64,000 nucleotides of DNA from a virus (Duplodnaviria; Caudoviricetes): the IMG/VR virus record IMGVR_UViG_3300029305_004466. The stretch is one strand, 5' to 3'. Numbering within the stretch: the first letter of the stretch is position 1; each line of letters starts with the position of its first letter. Below are positions 49,685-59,474 of the stretch, piece after piece. The notes under the pieces are model-generated. The model saw only the letters and a list, made by a program, of their open reading frames with translations, was not told the origin of the DNA and made no database searches. Both the position numbers and the translations under genes were made by a program.

Positions 49685-52600
49685 TTATACTAATTCTGAA
49701 AATTTTCTTTCAAGCCAGTTATTACTTACTTGACTTCTATCATCTTGAATATTGATATTAGTATCTCCGTTTGTTTGACTGGATAACTGTCTAGCAACAT
49801 TCATTTGGTTTATAATATCTTTAGATTTAGCAGACATTTTAAATTGCGTTCCACTAGTAGGGTCTGTGTATACTACCTTTTTGCCAGTTGAAGCTGGGGC
49901 TCTTAAAGTGTCATTATTGATTGGACCAGATGCTTCTTTTTGTTCAAGTTCTGGCGATAAAGGTGAACTACCTCCAGTTAGCATTTCATTTGCAAGACCG
50001 AGTGCTGCAAGTCCCATTAAGACTTTACCCGGTTTGGTTTTGATAAAATCTTTGGCAAAGTTTTTAGCATCACCTAAGGTCTTATTTATCATGCCGCCTG
50101 CTTTTTTAACAGCTTCTTTCTTACCTTTGGCATTCATGCCTTCTTCGGTAGCTTTAGTGCCTTCTTCCACAATTTTTTCATTTATCTGCTTTGTTAAATT
50201 CATTATATCTTTTTCTCTTGCACCTTGCAAGCCATTGTTATCATTAGGGGAATAATCTTTAAGGTATTCTCTAAGTTTAGATTTAGTTTGTTCAACAGCG
50301 TATTTATCAAAAGCATCAGCGTCATCAGGAGTTATATAATCCATAACTTCTTTTACGTCTTCACTAGATAAATCCGAAAAGCTTCTACCAAACAAACTAT
50401 TACATGTGTTAAAACCAACACGCATATCATCAGAACCATCCCAACCGAAAACTTTATCTATATCACTAGTGGTAGTAAATTTCATACCTCTTTGTAATGA
50501 TTTGATATAAGCTTCATTTTCGCTTCTGTATAATCCAAGAGTTTTTTCGGCATTATTATTTCCGTCTAAGTCTAATCCTGCTTTTCGTAAGTCTATTATT
50601 CTTTCATCGTAGCCATCAAATATAGAACTATCTAAGGCTTTTTTATTTGCTAAGTATTCTCTGTATTCATCGGTATCGCCATTTAATCTTCCCAATCCTA
50701 CAGTATTAGCTACTTGTTTAATTCTTTCACTAAAGATATCAGATGTTGAAGTTTTTTTACCTTTGCTTCTTTCAATAATATCTCTATTGATTTCCGCAAG
50801 CATATTGTTTATATAAGTTCTATCTTTAAATGCTTGTCTGCCAGCTTCACTTTGATACATAGCATTATCTCTGATGAATTCCATTTGATTAATGAATTCT
50901 TCAAAGTCACTATCAGACACCATATTTAAGTATTTATTGATGCTTCTGCTGGTTTGTTTTCCTAAAGTACTAGTGGCATCAGAATAATCATATGCTTCAT
51001 CACCTCTAATGTATTTAGTTGCAAACTTACTAGTTCTTTGTGCGACCACTCTTCCAGATACATCTTTTTTAAATCTAGTCATGTCGGACATACTAGCAAT
51101 ACTCATTGCTTCATAGTCTCCGAATTTTTCTTGTAGTATAGATTGCATTTGAGCATTTGAACTTGCTTTTATTGTATGTTTTCTTCCCCATACAGGAGCT
51201 CCATTTTTGGTAGTACCTGTACTCAAGTTAAAGGTTTCAAAGCTTACCGAATACTCTCCACCTTTTCTTCTTAAATCATTTGTCTGTTTATAGAGTACAA
51301 TATCTCCATCTTCATCACTAATATATATTTGGTCACGTTTTAATTCTTGCAGAGTGTCATTATGGTAATACCCCATATTGAAAGCTAAATCTAAATCCCT
51401 TAATGCATCATCAACTGCTCGTCTTGCTGTAGTAGTTACATAGCCGTCTGCATCGAATTCTGCAAATTTTGCTACCATATCTTCTACAAAACTAACTGCA
51501 CCTTCGGTACTATCTGATGTAAGAAGACTACTTCTTAATTTTAATTTATCCCAGAACTTTCTGAATACTGATAAATTTGCGGCTTTACCGAGCACTTCCA
51601 TATATTCTTCTACTGGAACTTCTCCGCTATATTTTATATGACCAACGGATTCTTGTACTGCTTTTAAACCTTGTTGAGTATGCTTTCCGCCTTTAAATAC
51701 ATCATTCATACCAGATGTAAATAAATCAGCTCTGAATATTTCTTCAGCACTTTTAATATGCTTAACACTAATAAAGCTTTGCTCTGTTTCTGGCATAAAT
51801 CCTGTTTTATTAACATGCATTGCTCTTTTTATATCTTGCAATTCGTACAATAAATCTTTATCACCTTTTTCAAGTGCATAATTTATAGATTCCTCTAAAG
51901 CTCTATTAAATCTGTATACAGTATTACTTACTGTACCGATATTAGGTTTTGTGGCTCTTACTTTGGTAGCTGCGTTAATAACATCTTCATTTTTTAACAT
52001 GTTACCATGTTTTTTCTCCCAAGCATTATATAATTGTTCAACAACTTCATCGTCCATATCTGACACATCGTATCCAATGAATTCGTCAAGACCAATTTCA
52101 GTAAGTAATTCATTTCTTTTGTTTTTTGACAAATACCCATCTACCATAGCAGCTTTATATTGCAATGTTTCCCCGATTGCATCTGCTGTTCTTAAATAAT
52201 TTCCGTCACTTGTAGTACCTCGTTTTTCCATTTTGCTTACAGTGTCTTCTATTAAATCATGCATTTCCTTATTTGACTTAGAGGCGTATACTGTGCCATC
52301 TCTATCTATAAATTCTGTGAACACTTGTTGTTCATAGTTTTTACTAAGAGCACTATAAAATTTCCTATCTCTTTTGTTTACCACAAGACCGTTTTTATCA
52401 AGATAAGCTTTTACAACTAAGTTATCGCCGTCAAAGTCACCAGCTTCTCTGTCAATTAATGTTGGTGTTACTCTTATGTCATCTCTCTTAAGAAATCTAT
52501 TGTATCTTAAGATGACATCATTAACAGTACCTTCGTTATTGGTAGGGTATCTTGCCGACTTTGCAAATGTTCCGACTGTAGCAAAATAATCTTTTGCCAA

Positions 52601-55600
52601 TACGTCAAAACTATCACTAATAGCATCTCTTTCCTTTGCTAAAGCTTCGAACATTCCAGCGATTTGACTTGATTTAATTTTTTGTCCTGTTAAGGTTTCA
52701 AATATGCTAATAAAGCTTTGTTTGGATTTTTTATCTCCAACACCTCTATTAAGTATACTGTTTACTTGATTAAACAATTTTTCACTCTCTAAAGCTTTTC
52801 GATAATATCGTATTTTATTGCTATCAATAATAGCTCTAGCATAATCTTCATCAAAGAAGCCGTGTTCCATCTCTTTGATGAGAGGTCTATAGTTTTCCAT
52901 ATTAAAGAACAAGTCTTTACCTGTTTTTCGGAAATCTATACCGAGCTTTTTGAAGCCCTCTTCACCCATTTCAACTATATCATCATAGTATAATTTTCCG
53001 TTTCTTATGGTAGTATATCTACCATCTAAATCTATATTGTTGCTTACTATATTACCATTTTTATCGTATTCAACAAAACCTGATGCAATTTCACTTAATA
53101 TTTGTTGTCTATAAGTGTCACTGGTTGCCGAAGCCCATTCTTTATAATTACTGCTCATTCCAGAAACTACAGGCATTACAGATGCTTCAGCATGACCATA
53201 TAATGAGTTTTTCATTGATATCTTCAGCGTTCTCTGATATGCAAATGATGTTTTATCTTCTGTATTTAAATCATTTGCAAAAGCTCTATACATTTTCTGT
53301 ATTTTTTCATTAAGGTCTTTTTCGCTTTGTTCAATACCCTTATTCCTGCCGTATGTTTTGAGTTCATTTATAACATCATTAATGATTCTAGGTGTTTTTG
53401 TATACTGAGCTTCGCCTTCAAAAGGAGTAATATCATATAATGGGATAAGAAGTTGTTTTACCTTTTTAGAAACAACCTTTCCATTTTTCTTATCCGAGAA
53501 ATTACTAAAGGAAATACCATCTGGTAATGCAACTCTTAATACTGATATATCGTCAATATTCTTTCCTTGTTGTCTAGCTAAGGCTCTTAATTGGTCACTA
53601 TATTGTGTTCCTTTTCCATCAACTACTTTAAATATGCCAACTTTCATTAATTCATCAGCATCGCTTCCAGCTGGAATTAAATTTATTTGGTCTAATTTTA
53701 AATCAAGTATAATATTTGCGTTTGCTAATTTTTCTGGGGAGCCCATATATTCTGCGGCAGCTATTATACCTTCATTTGTCTTTTTAGCACTTGCAAATCT
53801 TTTACCGCCAACGGTGCTTGCATCAGTTGCCTCATCCCATATTCTTTTGTTAACATATTGTGAAGTAGACATATAGCGTCCATTAACTTCAATAGCATTT
53901 AAGTTTTCGAAGTCACTGAGGTCTGCGTTATATTCATCAATATCTTCTAAGAATTTTGTACCAGCTGATAACTCTACCCTTGGGTCTATTTTCATTTCGC
54001 CACCCATGGATTCGTTATTTACGCCTCGTGTAACACCTATTCTTGCAATACCGCTTCTTTCTGATTCTGCAATATCGTTTGTTATTCTAGACCATAATGC
54101 TTGGAAAGGACCTTCTTTTTCTGCTCTTTTAGCGATTTCACTAACAACACTCATTATTTGAGTTCTTGCTCCACCCTTTCCAAGAGCAGATTCATCGTAA
54201 AAGAATCTGCCTTCATCATAGATAATTTTCATACCATTAGAGTCGGCATTATGGAACATTCTTGTTATTTGTCCAGCTAATTCTTTTCCTTTAGCTTTGC
54301 CACCTTTTACTTTATATAAATCTTCTATTTCATTTTGAACAGCATTGAAGATTCTATTCATGTAATTTCCATAAGTTATACTACCAGTACCATGCTTTAT
54401 TAAGGACATGTCTGTACCAATAGCTACGCCTTTACCAAGTATTTCATCGTATACAGCATCCGAAATTACTCTGAATACGTCTTTTGCTTCTGATTGGCTG
54501 ATGCCTGTTTGATTAAGCAGATATCTAAATCTATCAAAAGAAGTAGAAGTATCGAATTCAGACATTGCCATTGTCATCTTTTCGTTATACATGAATAACT
54601 TAACAGATTCTGTACCCTGTCTATCTTCTATTAAGTGAGCTTTGCCAGTAGTAAAGAAGTTATCAAGTTCATTTATATCAATAGTACCAGTTGGACCACT
54701 ATAAGTGATATTTCTTTCATCACCTAATCTGAAAGTCATACCTGATTCAATATGCCCTGAGGCGAATAAATCTGCGTATCTTCTTCTTAAAACAGCAAGG
54801 TCTTCTTTGCCTACGGCATTAATTTTTGCAGTAACTAAGTTAGGACTATTAAATAATGAAAGGTCAAGTAAAGTATCTCTACCAAATGCTCTTGATTCAT
54901 ATGTATTAGCCTTCATCTTAGCAACGTTAAATACTTCTCGAATTAATTGTTTACTAACAGATTCGTCATGTATCTGGAATTTTCCAGTCTTAAGTGTATT
55001 CTGATATAATTCTCTAAAGATATTATCAAAATTATTTTCACTTTCAATATCTTGAATTTTTGCAAGTAATTCTGTAGGTGATATTTGTTTAACATTTAAA
55101 GTAACTCCTGTTTCTAAGTCACCATAATTGATACCATCATATACCTTATAATCACTTAACGCTGCTCTACGTTGTTGTTCTTGAATTGGCATAATATCAT
55201 AACCAAATCTCATTTGCAGTTTCTTTGCTGTTTCTTCACTTATTTCTCTTTTAGCGTCAGCAACAATATAATGTTGAGAACCGCCTACCTGATTACCAGT
55301 AGGACGAATATTTGTATCAGTAGAAGCGAATTGGTTAAACATAAAAACATCATTTAATCCTATACGCTTCTTATCATATACTGCTTTTTCTTTTAATAAC
55401 TGAGATATATTTTCTCTATTGTTTGCGATAAAGTTTATTGATTGCATAGTACGCTTTGGTAATTCGTATCTTTTAGCAACGTCTTGAAGATAATCAAGAA
55501 TTGTAAAATTAGCCTTATTAGCAAAACTACCTTGTTCAGCACTCATTGGAGTATTCATTAAATGCTTATAGAAAAACTCATCAAATGCTATACTTACACT

Positions 55601-58600
55601 CTGTCCTTCTCGTGCTTTTTTAAGCATGGAATCTAATGCTACTACTGTGTCATTTGTTTGTATACCAGAAAGACTTGCCAATGCTCTAACGCCTTCAAGT
55701 CTGTCATTTTTAGCTATAGTGCCAGCAACATTTAAGTTTTTCTGAGCATTAAGATAATCAGCTTTGGCAGCTTCAAGCGTTAATATTTCAAGTGGCTGTA
55801 TAGCAACTTGTGATGACAGGTAAGTATCAGACACTGATGGTGCTAAAACTTTTTTCCATCCATCTGCTGTCGGTAATGCCTGATAACCAACTGGACCCGG
55901 AGCATCTGTTAATATTCCATTAAGTGCAGTTGAGTATAAACGTGTCATACTAGCATAAGTTTCTTTTGCATTAGAAGGGTCTGTTGTTACATCTATTATG
56001 CCCTGTCTTATACGTCTCCAGACTGAACTTATATCGCTTGCTGAATCTGTAAGATATATATCTAAATTTTCAAGACCAGTATCATCTTCATAGTAGTTTC
56101 CCAGACTGAACTGAGAAACTTTCTGGAAGCCTCTATCACCTACACTTATTGTGTTCATGGAATGATTAGCTTTTTGACCATTAATATCTGTATAGGTCAT
56201 TGAATCTGTTGCGTTATAAGTATCACCATTGGTTATTATTTCATCTCTATGTATTGCAGGTAATTTAAATACAGCAGAGTAATTATTCTCCTGTATTAAA
56301 TCTATTTTTTGTTGGAAAGAAAGTTCATCTGATGCCATGGTTTCCATGGTTTTCGCAAGACCAGTTTCATTACCAGTATTAAGATTTACCAAGATAAAAG
56401 CATCTTCACCCTTTTTACCAGAATAAGCAAACTGAGTAATAAATCTGGTTTTACCATCTGTTTTTATTTGAGTAAGACCAAATGGTTCTCCTTTTTTGGT
56501 TGTACTCTGGAAGAATGTTCTTTCCATTGATTCAACAGCAGCGTCTGTATAGCTAAGGTCATTTTTTAATATTCTGGAAATTTCATTTTTATCCATTGTA
56601 ATTCTCATGTTTTGTGCATTAGAAACAATACTTTGGATACCATCTTCAAAAGACCTAGCACCACGAAGTCTATCAGAAAACATTTCCCCAGCAGTGTAAT
56701 CTACAAAATCTCCATCATCCATTTGCACTGTATATTTTGAGGTTCTAGCTTTACGCAAAGAAAGACCGCCAGTTAACTGTTCATTAGTCTTTCTTTGCAT
56801 GAAATTATACAAATGTCCTGTTCCCTCTAAACTAGTTATTCCACTTTCAACATAATCTCCATATGTCATCATCTTTTTGATAGGTCTTACATATGAATCT
56901 TGAATGTGAGTAACAAATGATTCAACAAGCTGGTATTTTTTTATTTCATCAACAGTGGCTACAGAAAACTTACTTATTGCATTAGCCATTGCTTCCTGTT
57001 GGTCTTCTGGCAATGCATCTCTCATTTCATTAAGCATGTTTCTAAATACTTTGCTTTTAACACCAGCAGCCTGATTAAGGTCAGCCATTGAGAATGCACT
57101 AATAGAAGTATCAATAACGCCTCTACTATATAAATCATTTATGGCTGAGAACATAGCTTCAACGCCATCTACTTCATTACTTCTTTTTGTTTGTCTTAAT
57201 ATAGCTTGTATTGCTTGTCCTCTATGCTCAAAATTGATATGAGTTGCACCATTGCCAAAGTCCATTTCTATATTGAACATATCTCTTTTTGATGCATTAG
57301 CGTAATCCATAAAAATATTAGAAGCATAATCTTCATAATTAGTATTACCTAAAGCACCAAAAACACTATCTCTTATTCCACCTGCAATCAAAGTCTTTTG
57401 ATGGTTGCTAAGGTCTTTACCTTCTACTTGTTCTTCGATATATTCTAAAATTTCAGCTTCATCTTGTATTTTACCAAATACATTTCTGAAATCTCTTAAC
57501 ATACTTGGAGCGATATTTTTGCCTTCTTCGATTCCTAAATCTTTTTCAAGAATAGGAATAATTGTATCATCATACTGTCCTTCGGCAATATCTCTAATAA
57601 CATTTTCATCTATACTTATTCCTTCAGAAGTAAATGCTGATACGGTATCTTTATATGCTCTATAATATTGATTAAGTCTATCATATCCACCAATATAGGC
57701 TTGTTTATCTGTATCATATTCAAGGTTCTGAGGACTAAATAAACTTTCATAATTTCTTCTGGCTTTGTCGGCATCTACTATAGCTTCATTAATATCTAAG
57801 TATTCAAGCCTTTTGCCCATATCACTAGCTTTATCGGCAAGAAAAGTATTGCTTATCATTTGTTCTGCTTCTACAGAACTACCAAATGTTTTAATGAATC
57901 TATCTTGACTCCCTCTTGCAGCGGATAAAAATTCGACAGCAATACGTCCATCTTCATAACTTCTTACATCGTTGATTTTATAATATCTACCACGCTGTAT
58001 ACCGTAATTATGAAACTTAGTGTGCTTACCTCTTGAAGAAAAATAATCTGAACCATTTTTATCAACGGCAATGGATTCCAATGCATAGAAAACATTCTGG
58101 TCAAGCATTGCTTTGATTCTGCCCGGGTTTGTTAATTGATTAGCTTCGCCAACAGCTTTTTCCCAAGCCATCATTTCTGGTAAACTAACACCTTTATAGA
58201 AATCTTCAAGTGCTACCAATGCATTAGTAACTTCTGTATCACTGGCAGCATTATGTGCATTAATACTAATACCAAATGCTTGAGCAAGTCCTTCAAGAGA
58301 ACCTCTTCGGCTTATACCTGTATGTGTTAAGCCACTGTTAATTGCAATATTTTTAGCTAAGCTAATTTCACTATTTCTTGTTGCATATTTGATACCAGAA
58401 AGTAAATCTAATACATTATTTTTGCCTAATGCATTAGCATTTTCATTTAATACTTTAGCATTAATATTATCTTTATCTACCTTGAAAGCGGCTCTATATA
58501 CAGGAATATCAAATGCGTTACTATTAAAGCCTAAAATAAAAGTATTTTCTGTTCTGGATGCATCTGCAAAATATCCTGAAATTCTTCCTCTTAAAGTGTC

Positions 58601-59461
58601 ACCTTTTTTAGTTGTTACAGCAGTATCTAATGTTTGAACCTTAAAACCTTTAGAGACAAACTCTTTTTGTTTTCTTTTATATGCGTCTAAATCTATAAAT
58701 TCAAAACCTGCATCACCTAATATAGTTCCATAATCTTCTGCTGATATTCCGCCAAGTATTGCAAGATTAGTAAGACCATCAGAAACTGCTTGCCGACTAA
58801 AGCCATTGGAATCGGCAAGCTGTTTAACAGTTACAAGTTTATTTTTGGAGATTCCTGAAATGCTAGACATTTGAAATACATCATCAAAAGACCCTGCGTA
58901 TCTTGAAAGTCTTTCTAAGTCACTTTCAAGCCCAGTTCTATTTTTATAATCAAGGTTAAGGGCGTTAATTCCGCCCCCCTTGAAAACAGGATATATTTGT
59001 TTAGCAAGTCTTTCAAATTGTCCTTTATTAATACCGAGAGCAATAGAATGAGAGCCAACAACTTTCGGACCGCCTTTTCTCAAAAGGGTTTCTGTAAAGC
59101 CTATTTCTGTGATATTACCGTCATACGCATGTGCATTACGCATTCCTATTGTTTCAAAGTCAAGAGCGAGAAGTCTTGTTTCAAGTCCTTCGCTACGAGT
59201 TTTTAAAACAGATTCATGTAATGCTCTCCATTGTTTTTGCTGAACTGAAAAATCGTAGTCATAATCGCCGTATACACTTTTATCGACAAAGACACTTTCA
59301 GCTATACTTTCAGCACTGTCGAATACCGATAAATTGCCCAGCATATGTTCACTATAATCAGTTTCACCTGTATAAGGATGAACATATGGAGTGTCCATTT
59401 GGGTATAAGCCAATTTAGTATTACTCCAGTTTTTTCTTTGTATGTCTGCGAAATAAGGCAT
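49685..59461 (-). CDS. Giant protein: N-terminal DEDDh exonuclease plus single-chain DPBB RNA polymerase, probable virion RNAP (3258 aa)
   Basis: LDFETIG / GFNSNAFDIP / HNAASD; ARYPT...IRVTPTLIDREAGDFDGDN (DFDGD at 52424-52438). Confidence 0.8.
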   Translation of the reverse strand: MPYFADIQRKNWSNTKLAYTQMDTPYVHPYTGETDYSEHMLGNLSVFDSAESIAESVFVDKSVYGDYDYDFSVQQKQWRALHESVLKTRSEGLETRLLALDFETIGMRNAHAYDGNITEIGFTETLLRKGGPKVVGSHSIALGINKGQFERLAKQIYPVFKGGGINALNLDYKNRTGLESDLERLSRYAGSFDDVFQMSSISGISKNKLVTVKQLADSNGFSRQAVSDGLTNLAILGGISAEDYGTILGDAGFEFIDLDAYKRKQKEFVSKGFKVQTLDTAVTTKKGDTLRGRISGYFADASRTENTFILGFNSNAFDIPVYRAAFKVDKDNINAKVLNENANALGKNNVLDLLSGIKYATRNSEISLAKNIAINSGLTHTGISRRGSLEGLAQAFGISINAHNAASDTEVTNALVALEDFYKGVSLPEMMAWEKAVGEANQLTNPGRIKAMLDQNVFYALESIAVDKNGSDYFSSRGKHTKFHNYGIQRGRYYKINDVRSYEDGRIAVEFLSAARGSQDRFIKTFGSSVEAEQMISNTFLADKASDMGKRLEYLDINEAIVDADKARRNYESLFSPQNLEYDTDKQAYIGGYDRLNQYYRAYKDTVSAFTSEGISIDENVIRDIAEGQYDDTIIPILEKDLGIEEGKNIAPSMLRDFRNVFGKIQDEAEILEYIEEQVEGKDLSNHQKTLIAGGIRDSVFGALGNTNYEDYASNIFMDYANASKRDMFNIEMDFGNGATHINFEHRGQAIQAILRQTKRSNEVDGVEAMFSAINDLYSRGVIDTSISAFSMADLNQAAGVKSKVFRNMLNEMRDALPEDQQEAMANAISKFSVATVDEIKKYQLVESFVTHIQDSYVRPIKKMMTYGDYVESGITSLEGTGHLYNFMQRKTNEQLTGGLSLRKARTSKYTVQMDDGDFVDYTAGEMFSDRLRGARSFEDGIQSIVSNAQNMRITMDKNEISRILKNDLSYTDAAVESMERTFFQSTTKKGEPFGLTQIKTDGKTRFITQFAYSGKKGEDAFILVNLNTGNETGLAKTMETMASDELSFQQKIDLIQENNYSAVFKLPAIHRDEIITNGDTYNATDSMTYTDINGQKANHSMNTISVGDRGFQKVSQFSLGNYYEDDTGLENLDIYLTDSASDISSVWRRIRQGIIDVTTDPSNAKETYASMTRLYSTALNGILTDAPGPVGYQALPTADGWKKVLAPSVSDTYLSSQVAIQPLEILTLEAAKADYLNAQKNLNVAGTIAKNDRLEGVRALASLSGIQTNDTVVALDSMLKKAREGQSVSIAFDEFFYKHLMNTPMSAEQGSFANKANFTILDYLQDVAKRYELPKRTMQSINFIANNRENISQLLKEKAVYDKKRIGLNDVFMFNQFASTDTNIRPTGNQVGGSQHYIVADAKREISEETAKKLQMRFGYDIMPIQEQQRRAALSDYKVYDGINYGDLETGVTLNVKQISPTELLAKIQDIESENNFDNIFRELYQNTLKTGKFQIHDESVSKQLIREVFNVAKMKANTYESRAFGRDTLLDLSLFNSPNLVTAKINAVGKEDLAVLRRRYADLFASGHIESGMTFRLGDERNITYSGPTGTIDINELDNFFTTGKAHLIEDRQGTESVKLFMYNEKMTMAMSEFDTSTSFDRFRYLLNQTGISQSEAKDVFRVISDAVYDEILGKGVAIGTDMSLIKHGTGSITYGNYMNRIFNAVQNEIEDLYKVKGGKAKGKELAGQITRMFHNADSNGMKIIYDEGRFFYDESALGKGGARTQIMSVVSEIAKRAEKEGPFQALWSRITNDIAESERSGIARIGVTRGVNNESMGGEMKIDPRVELSAGTKFLEDIDEYNADLSDFENLNAIEVNGRYMSTSQYVNKRIWDEATDASTVGGKRFASAKKTNEGIIAAAEYMGSPEKLANANIILDLKLDQINLIPAGSDADELMKVGIFKVVDGKGTQYSDQLRALARQQGKNIDDISVLRVALPDGISFSNFSDKKNGKVVSKKVKQLLIPLYDITPFEGEAQYTKTPRIINDVINELKTYGRNKGIEQSEKDLNEKIQKMYRAFANDLNTEDKTSFAYQRTLKISMKNSLYGHAEASVMPVVSGMSSNYKEWASATSDTYRQQILSEIASGFVEYDKNGNIVSNNIDLDGRYTTIRNGKLYYDDIVEMGEEGFKKLGIDFRKTGKDLFFNMENYRPLIKEMEHGFFDEDYARAIIDSNKIRYYRKALESEKLFNQVNSILNRGVGDKKSKQSFISIFETLTGQKIKSSQIAGMFEALAKERDAISDSFDVLAKDYFATVGTFAKSARYPTNNEGTVNDVILRYNRFLKRDDIRVTPTLIDREAGDFDGDNLVVKAYLDKNGLVVNKRDRKFYSALSKNYEQQVFTEFIDRDGTVYASKSNKEMHDLIEDTVSKMEKRGTTSDGNYLRTADAIGETLQYKAAMVDGYLSKNKRNELLTEIGLDEFIGYDVSDMDDEVVEQLYNAWEKKHGNMLKNEDVINAATKVRATKPNIGTVSNTVYRFNRALEESINYALEKGDKDLLYELQDIKRAMHVNKTGFMPETEQSFISVKHIKSAEEIFRADLFTSGMNDVFKGGKHTQQGLKAVQESVGHIKYSGEVPVEEYMEVLGKAANLSVFRKFWDKLKLRSSLLTSDSTEGAVSFVEDMVAKFAEFDADGYVTTTARRAVDDALRDLDLAFNMGYYHNDTLQELKRDQIYISDEDGDIVLYKQTNDLRRKGGEYSVSFETFNLSTGTTKNGAPVWGRKHTIKASSNAQMQSILQEKFGDYEAMSIASMSDMTRFKKDVSGRVVAQRTSKFATKYIRGDEAYDYSDATSTLGKQTSRSINKYLNMVSDSDFEEFINQMEFIRDNAMYQSEAGRQAFKDRTYINNMLAEINRDIIERSKGKKTSTSDIFSERIKQVANTVGLGRLNGDTDEYREYLANKKALDSSIFDGYDERIIDLRKAGLDLDGNNNAEKTLGLYRSENEAYIKSLQRGMKFTTTSDIDKVFGWDGSDDMRVGFNTCNSLFGRSFSDLSSEDVKEVMDYITPDDADAFDKYAVEQTKSKLREYLKDYSPNDNNGLQGAREKDIMNLTKQINEKIVEEGTKATEEGMNAKGKKEAVKKAGGMINKTLGDAKNFAKDFIKTKPGKVLMGLAALGLANEMLTGGSSPLSPELEQKEASGPINNDTLRAPASTGKKVVYTDPTSGTQFKMSAKSKDIINQMNVARQLSSQTNGDTNINIQDDRSQVSNNWLERKFSELV

Positions 59462-59474
59462 TACAGTTTCCCCC

